Assembly: GCA_964016885.1 (NCBI GenBank) | Contig: OZ024743.1 | Coordinates: 226,176,001-226,240,000, forward strand | Length of the DNA: 64,000 bases | From: Eledone cirrhosa | Taxonomy: Eukaryota | Direction of reading: 5' to 3' | Shown here: positions 43,181 through 59,120 of the stretch, in pieces | Layout: each line of letters opens with the position of its first letter | Position numbering within the stretch: position 1 is the stretch's first letter | Program-made: the position numbers and the translations under genes | The notes under the pieces: generated by a model | Database searches by the model: none | What the model saw: the letters and a program-made list of their open reading frames with translations, nothing else | What the model was told of the DNA's origin: nothing

Positions 43181-45099
43181 ATTCCTTGAATCTCAGTCAT
43201 TGATGTTGGTTAACTGGAAAGTCCGTTGGATTGAATATCAAGCCACTACCTGCAGCCTCAGATATTCAGGACGTATCGGAGGGTTCTTGCTGTTCCAAGC
43301 AAGCATGCCTATTGAAGCGTTCCAAAAAGCGTGAAGGGGCCGATTTTCTTTAACCATCCCTGGAAACTTTTGGAGATAGTCCCCAGTGCGCCTATGACAA
43401 CCGGGATCACTTTGACTTCATGGCAGTTCCAAATCCTTTTCACCTCCCACTTTAGGTCCTGGTATCGGTTAATTTTCTCCCTCTCCTTCTCTTGCACTCT
43501 CGTGTCGAACGGGCAGGCCACATCCACAATCAGACACGATCTTTTTTCTTTGTCCACAACCACCAGGTCAGGTCTATTGTGTTCCAGTTTTTTGTCCGTC
43601 TGTATCCTAAAATCCCACAGCACCTTCACCTGATTGTTCTCCATCACCGCCTCTGGCCTATGCTCATACCATTTCTCAGAATGTGGTAAATTGTTTACTT
43701 TGCACAGGTGCCAGTGGATCACCCTGCCCATCACATCGTGTCTCCAGCCCTTATAGTGGGTCTGGGCTAGGTGTTTACACTCGGACACAATGTGAGCCAT
43801 AGTCTCCTCTCTCTCTCCACAGATCCTGCACAGTGGGCTAGCCTCCTCCTTGTAAATATGTTGCTTCAACCACTTCGTTTTGAGGGCCTGCTCCTGCGCA
43901 GCCATTAGCATTCCTTCTGTAGCCTTTTTGAGGTCTCCTCTTCTCAACCAGTTCCATGTCTGTGGATCTCTAAATTCAGTTTTCTCAAAGAAGGTACTAT
44001 GAAGGGATTTTCCCTTAAGGCTGCTCTTCCTCCTTGATGTTATTTCCTCCTTGGACATCCCCTGGCCTACTGTCCACTCCTTCAGTACAGTTCTGAGCAT
44101 TGGCTCCTTACTATAGGTCACGTATTTGTATAGGTTGTTTTTCTCCATCTGAACACAGTCCTCTATGCTGATAAGACCTCTTCCACCCTCAGATCTCCTT
44201 AGGTAGAGTCTATCGACATCACTCCTCTTGTGGAACATGTTGTAGATAGTCAATAGCTTCCTAGTCTTCCTATCCATTTCTTTTTGTTCAGCAACATTCC
44301 ATCTCAGAATTCCCGCACTGTACCTAATAATAGACACAGCTCGGGAATTTACTGCGCTTATGGCATTTCTGCTGTTCAGATGTGACTTCAATACGCTCCT
44401 TACTCTCCGAATGTATTCAGTTCTTAACAATTCCTTCATTTTTTTGTTCTTTATGCCATCAGCCTCCAGAACGCCCAAATACTTGTATCCTTCCTCAGAG
44501 TCAATTTCTTTTATCATCTCACCTGTTGGTATCTGGATGCCGTTACTTCTGCTTAACCTACCCCTCCTCATCATAATGACTCCACATTTACCAATACCAA
44601 ACTGCATACATATATCACTGCTGAAAATACGGACAGTGTCAACAAGCACATCCAACTCCTTCTCACTTTTCCCGAAGAGCTTAAGATCGTCCATGAAGAG
44701 GAGGTGATTGATGGTAAGCTCTCCCCTTCCCAACTTGTATCCTGCTCTCACTTTTCGCAGCATAATGGTCAAGGGCATCAGGGCAAGGACAAACAACATA
44801 GGGGACAGGCTATCTCCCTGGAAGATACCTCTCTTGATCTTCACGCTTCCCAAGGATACTCCAGTTGATGTCAACTCTGTCTCCCAGGACCCCATACTCC
44901 TGCCTAGCAACTGTCTGATGTTATCTGCCACCCTGAAGATCTCCAGGCTTTTGGTGATCCAGGAATGAGGCACCATGTCAAATGCCTTTCTGTAGTCTAT
45001 CCATCCCATGGCAAGATCAGTGTGTCTCCTCCTGCAATTCCCCATTACCATCTTATCAATAAGTAACTGGTCCTTTGTACCACGTGACTTCTTTCGGCA
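43181..45099 (-). mobile_element. R4/Dong-like element family 2, 5'-truncated
   Basis: Bounded by (TTA)n on both sides; contains the 580-aa ORF. Confidence 0.92.
43309..45051 (-). CDS. Reverse transcriptase + CCHC zinc finger + restriction-like endonuclease (partial)
   Basis: [62 protein letters not shown]. Confidence 0.9.
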   Translation of the reverse strand: MVMGNCRRRHTDLAMGWIDYRKAFDMVPHSWITKSLEIFRVADNIRQLLGRSMGSWETELTSTGVSLGSVKIKRGIFQGDSLSPMLFVLALMPLTIMLRKVRAGYKLGRGELTINHLLFMDDLKLFGKSEKELDVLVDTVRIFSSDICMQFGIGKCGVIMMRRGRLSRSNGIQIPTGEMIKEIDSEEGYKYLGVLEADGIKNKKMKELLRTEYIRRVRSVLKSHLNSRNAISAVNSRAVSIIRYSAGILRWNVAEQKEMDRKTRKLLTIYNMFHKRSDVDRLYLRRSEGGRGLISIEDCVQMEKNNLYKYVTYSKEPMLRTVLKEWTVGQGMSKEEITSRRKSSLKGKSLHSTFFEKTEFRDPQTWNWLRRGDLKKATEGMLMAAQEQALKTKWLKQHIYKEEASPLCRICGEREETMAHIVSECKHLAQTHYKGWRHDVMGRVIHWHLCKVNNLPHSEKWYEHRPEAVMENNQVKVLWDFRIQTDKKLEHNRPDLVVVDKEKRSCLIVDVACPFDTRVQEKEREKINRYQDLKWEVKRIWNCHEVKVIPVVIGALGTISKSFQGWLKKIGPFTLFGTLQ

Positions 45100-45223
45100 T
45101 TATTATTATTATTATTATTATTATTATCATTACTATTATTATTATTATTATTATTATTATGCGGATGATGATGATGATGGTGATGTTAATATATATACTA
45201 CACACACAAGCCCGGAGTTTCTG

Positions 45224-45265
<42 letters not shown>

Positions 45266-45943
45266 CATGCCCATGTATAAAAGGATGCATGCACATGCAT
45301 AATGACAAGTCCTCCCCGTAACACTGCAAGCGATAGAGAGACGTGTAGTTCGTTATCTTGTATAAAGATGGCCGCCGGAACATTGTGACGTTGGCCATTG
45401 AACAACAACTGGTGTTAGTTACTACGATGCATTGAATTATTGTGACAAATTACCATCTCTGACCGGTAAGAACAAACAAAAAGGAAATAAATATAATAAT
45501 AAATGAAGGCAGAAGAAAATGAAAACAATAAAAGATAAAAAATATCAGAGAGTGAATAATAGCGAAAAATCTACTTGGCAGCCATTTTATTTTTCTGACA
45601 AATTTGCTTGTGTTTCCCGATGTCACAAAATGTAGTTTACTTCTATCGTCGTTCAATGCAATAATAAAGGATGCGATTCCATTAATCACTGCCGCTCTTC
45701 TTTTTTATTATATATATGTTGTGTGTTTTTACATGTTTCTTTTAATATGATTTTCCCCTTTTACGTCTGTTTCCGTTTTTGTCTTTCTCACTTCGTATTT
45801 TGTTGCTCTTTTTGCCTGCCACTAATTTCTTCTATATGTGTATCTGTTTCTCACTCTCACGTAGTGCTCTTTCTCATTCTGAAGCTATTTCATTCTACTT
45901 CTATCTGTCTCCTATTTATTCTCTCATTCATTCATCAATTCAT

Positions 45944-46019
<76 letters not shown>

Positions 46020-46114
46020 TCTCTCTCTCTCTCTTTATATATATATGTATATATATGTATATATATGTATATATATATGTATATATATGTATATATATAT
46101 GTATATATATATAC

Positions 46115-46162
<48 letters not shown>

Positions 46163-46268
46163 TCCCTTCAGTCCCTGGATGCCTTTATCTCATCATATAT
46201 AAATTTGTGTTTCTCTGTGTTTCTAGATCCCCCCTTCTCTCTCTCTCTCGCTCTCTCTCTCTCCTCTC

Positions 46269-46313
<45 letters not shown>

Positions 46314-46909
46314 TTCTCGTTATTTATCTATTTACACGTTTTGTTGTTTCTTCTTAGTTCCTTTGGGTTCACATACCGTTTCTACACATTTCAACGGCCT
46401 CTCTCTCCCCCTCACTATCCCCCTCACTGAATATTTTTACAAGTATATATTCAAATAACTCTCTCTCTGTCTCTTTCTCTCCCTCTCTCTCTCTCTCTTT
46501 CATTTTCATTCTGTCACTCTCATTCACTCAGTCTTTCTATATATGGATCCCTGTTTATATATCCATCTGTCATTTCTGTTTGTCCCACCGGTCACTCTCT
46601 CTCGATGTCCGAGATAATCATTCTATTTCTTCTCCGTATCTTTATGTGTATCTATGTATTTCTTACATTCTTCACTTGACACTGTCATTCTTAATTTCTT
46701 TTTATCTCGATGGCTGTATATCTATAATTTTTTCTACTGTCTTTCTCTCCCTCACTCTCCTTTTCGTTCACTTTCTCTCTTTTCTCTCTCTCACTATCCC
46801 CCTTTCCTTCTCTCTTTTCTCTATATATACCTTTCTATCGATCTATCTATCTATATCTATCTAACTATCTATCTAATTATTCATCTATCTATCTATCTAT
46901 CTATCTATC

Positions 46910-46959
<50 letters not shown>

Positions 46960-46964
46960 CATCC

Positions 46965-47011
<47 letters not shown>

Positions 47012-47794
47012 GGTCAATCGATCTAGCTGTCTATCTAACTATCGGTCAATCGATCTAGCTGTCTACGTATCTATTGTTTATCAATATCTATATACCTTTG
47101 TCCTTCAGGCTCTTTCATTTTTTCTCCGGTCTTCCTCCGTTTTACCTATTCTCTGTTTCCTTTCTTCAATCTATCTTCCAGTCTTCCCCTTCACCTTTCT
47201 TTTCCTCCTCCACTTCATTCTACCTTTTCTCGTTTTCCCCTCCTTCCCTCTTTATCGATCTACCTCTTGTGACATCTCTCTCTTGATTTTATTGACACTG
47301 CTATACTACGTCCTTCATCTACGATGCCTATAAAAGGTTCTAAACTAAATGCTTTCACAGTCTTTGTTCAACATTTTCTTTGAAGGCGACGCGTCTCGTC
47401 AAATCTCTACTTCTTCATTTCTCTCTTCTCTCTCTTCACCTTCCAAGTATAAAATCAAATTACTGATGGCTTGTTAACATTGCTATTGTTTAGTGGTCGA
47501 ACGGTCACCAATCAAAACTTCTATTACGGTGAATACTGACTGTAGTGTTGTTTATACTTCAGTTATCTCTCGTCTAACGAGGTTGTGTTGCTAGTATCAC
47601 CGTAGAAGGCTTGATTTTAAACACGTTTGTTCGTATTTACACATTGGCGCACACACACATATATGTATATAAGTATGTATATACATATATACATACATAC
47701 ATTAAAGTTAACCTTATTGCAAGTGACAGTAGATAATGGCGTTATTGCGCACGCATAAATGCTTACATCAAAAGATACATACCCGCTCATACAA

Positions 47795-47864
<70 letters not shown>

Positions 47865-49179
47865 GTGTGTGTGTGTGTGTGTATGTCAGTATGTAAGTAT
47901 AGTGGACGAGTTAGCAAAAGATGAGAGGACTAACTGATCATCTTCATCACACAATGTTCGACTTAAATGTCTTACATTTATTGATATACGTATTTCGTCC
48001 ACGCTATATAATTTGACGTAAGTTGTCCAGGATAGTGCTTGACTACCATGTTAGACATTGTGACAACAAATGGACCAGTAGTATCGTCGGTAGGAGTCGA
48101 TAGTGTACGCCCCTTCTATTTCGATGGCTGGTAATCCAGGAATGTTCTACATGCTACCAAATTTGCTATACGCACACGCGCACACCCACACATACACACA
48201 CACACAAATACATACATACATACCTAAGTTCACGTAGTTGGTAGCGTTGATCTGTTAATACAAGTACATACATGTATACGTTACTATCACTATAATTACG
48301 ATAGAATAATCTTTACCAATTAATACAAGTCTGACCTAAGTAATAGTATTACTGAATTTGGCTAATGTTATAGTTTAGTTTAATACTAATCACCTAACAG
48401 TAAGTCCAATTAGGTATTACTGTAACTTTAAGGATAATAGGCTTATACGAATTTCGATAAATAACATAAATTTCTATAATTAAACTGAATACCTAACAAG
48501 TTTCTGTGAAGAATAAATATATTGACGTGTAGTAGAGTTGTGGTATTATCGAAAACGGCTGAGGGGTTTAAATGGACGTATTACCTATAACATGAATTGG
48601 TGTGGTTAAAAGTGGACCGTGTGATGGAAAAGGCAGACTTAATCATTCTCTATTGGTCAGAGCCGGACGTATCGAAAACTATGTCTGTTAGCTTATGAAG
48701 TCTAAGTTGAATGGTTTTATTTGGGAAAATGGGTCTCATTATTTGGAGAAGAGAATGCAATATATGAAGGTTGGATTAGGGTGTTATATATCCAACTATA
48801 TTGCCGTTGCGATTGTAATTATATCAATTATATCATATTTACTACTGTTAAGGTACATGGCTTCGTGGTTAGAGCGTTGGACTTGCAATTGAGAGGTTGT
48901 GCAAAACCATGGTGAATAGTGACCGAGGGGAGCGTATAATGATGCAGTTTACGTCTATTGTTGTTGTTGGATCTCTGATGTTTCAGGCGAAGAATATATC
49001 TGTTTTTGTTTGTTTTTATCAATGATATTAACGTGCAGGAAGTTTAGCTTTCCATAGACATTTGTACACTTAACGCATTTCCCAGGGATATTCAGCGTGA
49101 CGCAATTTGTAACAAGGCACCGTTCGAATTACATGTAAACCTACCCCTATACAATCTAACGTTGTGGTTGTTGTTTATA

Positions 49180-49306
49180 TAATTGTTTCTACCTTTGGCA
49201 CAAGACCAGCAATTACCCCAGTGCATTACTGGTACTTTATTTTATCGACCCCGTAAGGATGAAAGGCAAAGTTAAACTCGGCGAGATTTGAACTCAGAAC
49301 GTAAAG
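49180..49306 (-). mobile_element. tRNA-derived SINE fragment
   Basis: Same family as 6221 and 56287. Confidence 0.85.
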
Positions 49307-49358
49307 GATTATATAATGCTATATTTCTATTAATTAAAACACGCATCTGGACATCTGC

Positions 49359-49436
<78 letters not shown>

Positions 49437-50431
49437 CACACATAAACACATGCACACAAACTAACAGGCACACATACACTGAGACACATACACTTGCATA
49501 CACACACACACACAGACACACACATGCAAACACACATACACACACACACAAACATGCACAGACATTTAATATCTTATTTGAAGATAACCACATCTGGCGT
49601 TTGCGGGTTGTGTGGTTGTTTCGTGTGTCTACGTGCTCTATTTGCTCTGTGTGCCTGCGTTTAAGTGAACGTGTACCTGCGTGTGTATGTGTATGTGTCT
49701 GTGCGTATATAGGAATATCTATATATCTGTCTGCGGTGTGATTACATCTCTGTGTCCATGTATTGCTGAAAAACTTGTTAGAGAAACTTTTACTTCACAA
49801 ATTATATACAAACCGTAAAATAACAAACTTTTCATTTAATAAACCATATATTTCCACTTTATCTTCTAACACTAATATATTTCATTCTCTCAACCTCTCT
49901 CTCTTCTCTTTTACTATCTCTGTCTTCTCATTTTTCTGGCTCTCTTTTTCATATTTCCATTTATAGTACTAACAAGATTTCCTTCCATCACCTAGGTTTT
50001 GGCACCGAAATACTTCTTTCAAGAATTTTACATAACAACTTAGTATTGACTTGCTTATAACCTTTTTATTATAATATTTATTATGTCTTCATTCGTTCTA
50101 TTTTTTATTTCCTTTCCCTCATATATATCTCTATTCATAGTGAAAATTTCTAAAACTTTGATATGCTTGTTCTTCGTTTTGAAGATCTTGTAGTTCTTGT
50201 ACTTTCTTTCACTTACAAAGCAATAGAGAAGAACATATAATAGATAATATAAACACACACAGACACACAGACACACAGATACAAACACACACACACACTC
50301 ACATACCCCCCCCCCCCCACATATATATAATATATATAAGCAAAAGGGATATTCAATTTGTTGGTAATTCAACAAATATGAATGTTTATATATAACTGAT
50401 TCAGAGCACTCGACAAGTTTTCTGGGGTATA

Positions 50432-50775
50432 ATATTCAATGATATTAAATAAATGGGAACTATTTTTATAAAACCATATTTATTCTATTATATATACTTC
50501 AAGGGTACCAAAACTTTGGTACGCTTTCATCAGATAGAATACGAAGTGTGTTTTCCAAATGTTGATATAACCAAGAAAAATACCTTAACGGTTCAAGTTT
50601 TCCTTGGATAGTACGAAAACTTGAAACGTTAAGGTATTTTCCTTGGTGTTGTCAACATTTATAAAACACGTATTTTATCTGATGAAAGCGTACCAAAGTT
50701 TTGGTACCCTTGAAATATATATAATAGAATAAATATGGTTTTATAAATATAGTTTCCATTTATTTAATATCATTG

Positions 50776-50780
<5 letters not shown>
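50432..50780. repeat. ~350-bp foldback with a hammerhead in each arm
   Basis: HHR 50671-50731 (+) TATTTTAT-CTGATGA-AAGcGTACCAAAgtTTTGGTACcCTT-GAAA-TATATA-T-A-ATAGAATA; mirror 50481-50541 (-) has a perfect 8-bp stem I. Confidence 0.85.
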
Positions 50781-50820
<40 letters not shown>

Positions 50821-50826
<6 letters not shown>

Positions 50827-51016
50827 AGAAAGTGTGACCCTGACGGCAGAGTTCAAGCCATTTCGACGGCTATTTCAGTCCAGAAATAACCGTCGAAACG
50901 GCTTGAGCTCTGCCGTCGGGGTCATACTTTCTCCTATTACCGACTCTACTGCCCTAAGTATTGAGTAGTTTGGTGCGTTATGGTCCATCTGGTTGCTTAC
51001 CACAACTCCTCCGTTA
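50821..51016. mobile_element. Family C HHR 3' half with inverted 5' fragment
   Basis: ataggagaaagt...tatttc vs gaaata...ctttctcctat; GAAACGGCTTGAGCTCTGCCGTCGGGGTC. Confidence 0.75.
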
Positions 51017-51230
51017 TATATATATATATATATATAATATAGAAATGAATTCTACAGGACTACACATATTTCATTCTGATGAAATCATCGGCAGTTTCGT
51101 GATGATTCAATATGAATGAAGTTCTAATCCCGTAGGACACCTTTCGATATAAAATAAAGATGCCTATTCTCTACTAACTGATTAAGTACCTTTTGTAACT
51201 GTGGACACCACCCGATATCTATCGGGAACC

Positions 51231-51269
<39 letters not shown>

Positions 51270-51702
51270 TACATTTTTCGTTTTCTCACGGAAATTGCTG
51301 CGCATATATATATATATATATATATATTGAGCAGCAATTTCCGTAAGCGTGAAGGAAGGAAACGTATGCTCAATCGGGAAGAGAGCAGAAATAATATATT
51401 ATTTATTTATGTTCATACATGGAAAAGAGACGCTATCTAAGCTTTCAAGTCCAAAATTTGACTATGCCTCCAGAATACAATTAGTCACCATTCGTAAAAG
51501 CGCCTAAAGAAAGGTCGCTTGTTCTATGCCACAGGATTTGATAATTGGGTTGCCACAAACGTTGTGGTAACACAAAATAACAAATCTGGTGTCTAATAAT
51601 TCAGCAACATTTGCACGCGTGTCTACAAGTGTAAACACATAGTTCTAGCATTTAAGAATACTTTAAATGAAATTATTAAACGAAAATGACAGAGGTTATT
51701 AA

Positions 51703-51789
51703 TAATCTGAGGAGCTTTCGATTCCAGATTCAGGAACGAACATAATCGAACGTACTTCGGGCTGAACAGCAGTGAAACATATGTAATAT
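51703..51789 (+). ncRNA. Type I hammerhead with branched stem II
   Basis: CTGAGGA(51707)...GAAA(51774)-CATATG-T-A; two internal hairpins; weak stem I. Confidence 0.55.
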
Positions 51790-52135
51790 CCGATTAAATA
51801 TGTATATGATGCAACACTGATTCTTTGTTCTCTAATTATCATTATTGATATACTGCTCCCCAATAGCATTAGTGCTCATCTTGGCATACTGCCTGTGAAC
51901 GCAATTGAACCCTTTACTACTATAAATATATATATATATATATATATAGTAGTAAAGGGTTCAATTGGATTGCGTTCACAGGCAGTATGACAAGATGAGC
52001 ACTCGATGCGTTTTAACATATTGTTTAGCTCTAGTTTTTTCTTAACTATTGGAGCGCTTGCCAGCATTTCTACGATTTTGCGTTTCGTTTCGCTTTTTCT
52101 ACCAGCCGAAATACGATTCTCTCTGAATATATATT

Positions 52136-52282
<147 letters not shown>

Positions 52283-52314
52283 TTGTATACATACATATCT
52301 ATCTATCTATCTAT

Positions 52315-52706
52315 TTGAAGTCAGACACCTTTCTCTCCGGCGAGCAACTGATTCGTTTTTTCAAATATCATTTTGGAAGAAGAATCAGGATGGAGAGAGA
52401 GGTGCTATACCCCAGCAAATTTTATAAAAGGTGGGTGAATGTGGCAAAGATGGCCCGAGTGGTTGGCCCTCTATATAAGCCTGTAGGTTGAGGAAAAAGA
52501 GGAATAGAGGAAGGGATTACTCACTCTTGGTGCTCCTGGAGATGAGGGTTGTACATTTTTTCGGCGTGTGTGAAACACCTCCCCTCTATTGGGGATTTCA
52601 ATTGTTATTTGTTATTGTATAAATAGTTTTATTTTCATATACCTTTATGTAAACTCCCCATTTGTATTGTCCCCTTCGTTTCTGCCCTTGTGGCTAATAA
52701 AGAAAT
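52315..52706 (+). mobile_element. Tx1-like 3' fragment (diverged subfamily) within (TATC)n
   Basis: [27 protein letters not shown] matches 39492-39773; ends cccttgtggctaataaagaaat. Confidence 0.8.
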
Positions 52707-52727
52707 TTATCTATCTATCTATCTATA

Positions 52728-52762
<35 letters not shown>

Positions 52763-53383
52763 ATAACAATCGAAGTACCCAATAGGGGGAGGCCTTACAA
52801 ATGGGTTGCTTTATTTTCTTGTGCACCCTTGTGGTAAATAAAGAAATATATATATATACATATATATACATATATATATTTGTATACATACATATCTATC
52901 TATGTATATATATAGATAGATATGTGTGAGTGTGTTTATGTTTATGTGTGTGTGTGTGTTTCTGTGTGTGCTTGTGTATATACATAGATACATACATTCA
53001 TATACACACACATACCCTCACATATATTTATCTCATATATAATTGCGGTCTGTGTTGTTTGAAATATTCAATTCAATTCCATTTCTGTTTTTACATCAGA
53101 TTTATTTTCATTCCATTTAAAAACAATTTTACCTTTTGTTTTTTCTTTGGGTCACTAAGCATATATATATATATATATATTCCCTCATTCTTTCTGTCGT
53201 CCCATTCATTTATTCGCTCATTCCTTTCATTCTTAGCAGAGAAATAATGAAAAAAGAAGCAAAATATCAGTAAATATCAACATAAACAACAAACAGAACA
53301 GAAAAGAGAATACAAAATGAGAACAAAACAACAACGACACTTTCTCTCTCTCATCTACATACTTACACACCAATATACATGTA

Positions 53384-53459
<76 letters not shown>

Positions 53460-53750
53460 ATAGAGAGAGATGCGTGCGTAAGTAGCTATATTTACATGTG
53501 TGTGCGCATGTGTATGTATACATATATATGCATACATATATATATATATATATACATACACAAATAATATAAAAACAATCATATCTATACACTCCATATA
53601 TATATATATTTCTTTCTCTATCTGAAATTCCAAAGATAAAATGACAAACTTCCTCATAATGGAATCGGTTAAGTTCTGTGTTTGATCACAAGTGTAAAAT
53701 CCAATATTGAAACCAGGTAGAATATGTTATATCATTTATATATTATATAT

Positions 53751-53813
<63 letters not shown>

Positions 53814-53855
53814 AATATATATTTAAATATATATATATATATAAATATATATATA

Positions 53856-53906
<51 letters not shown>

Positions 53907-53929
53907 ATTTATATATATATATATTTAAA

Positions 53930-53960
<31 letters not shown>

Positions 53961-54378
53961 TATATATATATATATGTGTGTGTGTGTAGTTTATGGGTGT
54001 CTGCATTGCATGCCAGCATGTATGCATGTGTGTTTTTGCGTATTTGTATTGAAAGCAATGAGAGACGATCATTTTGCAGATTTAGTCGGTTTTATTAAAA
54101 AATGGTCACGCTTCACCAACTTCACACATACACATATATTTGCCCATATATATATGTGTTTCTTTTAGTATCTGTGTGTGAGGGTTTGTGTATGTTTGTG
54201 TGCGTGCGTTTATGTGCCTATGTGTATTGTTTTGTGCTTGAATGTGTGTGCTGTACGTTTCTATGTCCCCATGCATATGTATGTGTATGTATGTGTGTAT
54301 GTATTATTTTATATGTATGTGTATATTTGATGTGTATGTGTGTGCGTATATATTATTTTATAAATATATGTATTCGTA

Positions 54379-55595
<1,217 letters not shown>

Positions 55596-56121
55596 ATATA
55601 TATATATATATATATAGAAATGACTTCTACTAGACTATAACTGTTTCATTCGTATGAAATCATCAGGAAATCTACTCTTAGTAGTCATTGAGAATATCAT
55701 TGAGGAAGTCACAGAAGGAGAACGAATGAACTTTAATGAACTAACTGATAAGTTATTAGCTATTAGTAATAACAATTAATGAAGATGAAGTGAAATTAAA
55801 TAGTTCGTGTTCTTTTTTGGGCAAAATCGGCAAATATCCATTCACCAATATATATAAATATATATGGAAGGAATCAGAACGCCGATGGCTGAGCTTCGGC
55901 TGTTCGAGTACTCTGGTGGGTTATGGTCCACCTGGTATCTTACCACACCCTCTCTGATGTATACCATGGCATACCCGTTTGATATATATATCATGACATA
56001 CCCGTTTGGAATTGATCGTATACGGTCTCTTTTACGAGTAAGTCTTATGACATTTTATACATCTAATATTGTATTTTGTCTGAAGAAGGCATACTATAAT
56101 TTAGTATCCATGAACTATATA

Positions 56122-56465
56122 TAATTGTTTCTACTTTAGGCACAAGGCCAGCAATTACCCAGTGCATTACTGGTACTTTATTTTATCGGCCCCGTAAGGA
56201 TGAAAGGCAAAGTCAAACTCGGCGGGATTTGAACTCAGATCGTAAAGGGACGTAACTATGCATGAAATATATATAATGAAATAAATAATTGTTTCTACTT
56301 TAGGCACAAGGCCAGCAATTACTCAGTGCATTACTGGTACTTTATTTTATCGACCCCGTAAGGATGAAAGGCAAAGTTAACCTCGGCGGGATTTGAACTC
56401 AGATCGTAAAGGGACGTAACTATGCTGGAAAGCATGGCGTCCGACTCTCTACCGATACTGCCAAT
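56122..56465 (-). mobile_element. Two tandem tRNA-derived SINEs (truncated + full-length)
   Basis: A box TGGCAGTATCGG and B box GAGTTCAAATCCC on the minus strand. Confidence 0.9.
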
Positions 56466-56515
56466 CCAAAATAATGATGCTATAGTATTATATATTCCGT
56501 TTATTACTATTATAT

Positions 56516-56547
<32 letters not shown>

Positions 56548-56550
56548 GTG

Positions 56551-56593
<43 letters not shown>

Positions 56594-56595
<2 letters not shown>

Positions 56596-56786
56596 CGTAG
56601 GAAATGTGGTAAGGAACCAGGTGGACCATAACGCACCAAAGTACTCAATACTTAGGGTAGTAGAGTGGGTAATAGGAACGAGTAGGACCTCGACGGCTGA
56701 GCTCAAGCCGTTTCGACGGCTAATTCTGGACAGAATTAGCCGTCGAAACGGCTTGAGCTCAGCCGTCGGGGTCCTACTCGTTCCTA
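56594..56786. mobile_element. Family C HHR half with foldback
   Basis: ataggaacgagtaggacc...aattctg vs cagaatt...ggtcctactcgttcctat. Confidence 0.8.
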
Positions 56787-56813
56787 TATATATATATATA
56801 TATGTATATATAT

Positions 56814-57778
<965 letters not shown>

Positions 57779-57963
57779 ATAGCAAATATATATTTAAAAG
57801 AAAAAAGATGAAATCGGAATTGCAACTGAGCCTTTTTTCTTTTAAATATAGATTTTTTTTTTCCTTTACCAATAGTAGAGTTGAGATGGAGGGTTTGTGG
57901 TTTTTCATACAGATATATATATAATTATGATAAAAGCATGATCATGTGAATGAGAAATAATAA

Positions 57964-58145
57964 TAATTGTTTCTTCTTTTTGACACAAGGCCAGCAATTA
58001 CCCAGTACATTACTGGTACTTTATTTCATCGACCTCGTAAGGATGAAAGGCAAAGTTAACCTCGACGGGATTTGAACTCAGACCGTAAAGGGACGTAACT
58101 ATGCTGGAAAGAATGGCGTCCGACCCTCTACCGATATTGCCAATT
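57964..58145 (-). mobile_element. Full-length tRNA-derived SINE
   Basis: Same A/B boxes and body as 56287-56465. Confidence 0.88.
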
Positions 58146-58494
58146 CACCGCCCAATTCACCGCTTCACTGAGAAATAATAATAATAATAATAAACTCTGC
58201 TTAATATATCACTATCTCACTCGCACACATTGTTGACTAGACATATATCCACATATACCACGAGAGCAACGAGGGGTCAATTTTGCCTTTTATCCATGCC
58301 AGGTGGATAAAAAGATACCAGTTATGGGTGAATGTTTCCTATATATCTCATTCTCATGTTCTCTCTTTCACTGTCTATCAAACATTGAAATAAATCTGCT
58401 GTAATCAGAACGGGCGAGGGATGAGCTCCGTCAGGTTTAAAATGCTTAATACACGTAGTATGTCACAACGGCGCTTCTACAATTGCATCAGATT

Positions 58495-59059
58495 TTACGA
58501 GACCATACCACCACACTTAGAATTTGCATCACCAGTCTGGAACCCCTATCTTGCTCAGAACATTGACCGCCTGGAAACTCTTCAGAGACGTGCAACCAAG
58601 CGAATACCCTCCATCAGGCATCTACCATACTCAGAACACCTTACTTCCCTGGGCATGGATACATTGAAGCTGCGACGCCTGGCAACTGACTTGGTAAACA
58701 CCCACACAATTGTTAACCATCTTGCCAACAACAACCCTGAGTACCTTTTTGATTTCCACACGTGGACATGCCCACAAAGTCAGAAAACAGCATAGTTCCC
58801 ATGACTTTCGGAAACATTTTTTCACGCTCAGAGTTGCTGAAGCATGGAACAAACTCCCTGCATAAGTTGGTAACTGTTGAGACACTGCATCCTTTAAAAC
58901 CTGCATACTTCCCGAGATTCGCCAACACTACACATACACACATGTATATCATGACTCATATACTATTCACTTCCCTGACATTTGTATATTATTTTATGTA
59001 CTATATATACACCTTTGACGAGTTGTAGTGCACCTGAGCACTTTACATAATAATTTTAA

Positions 59060-59060
<1 letters not shown>
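58495..59060 (+). mobile_element. CR1-like LINE 3' fragment
   Basis: PHLEFASPVWNPY...LETLQRRATK.I...Y...L..LG..TL..RRL..DL; FFTLRV..WN.L; (ATT)n tail. Confidence 0.85.

Positions 59061-59120
<60 letters not shown>

Noticed and set aside
45355-45472. tataaagatggccgcc as a promoter/YY1-like site with a downstream gtaaga donor
   Set aside because: Short motifs only, with no supporting gene structure
56390-56465. tRNA gene
   Set aside because: A/B boxes belong to a multi-copy SINE head; no complete cloverleaf
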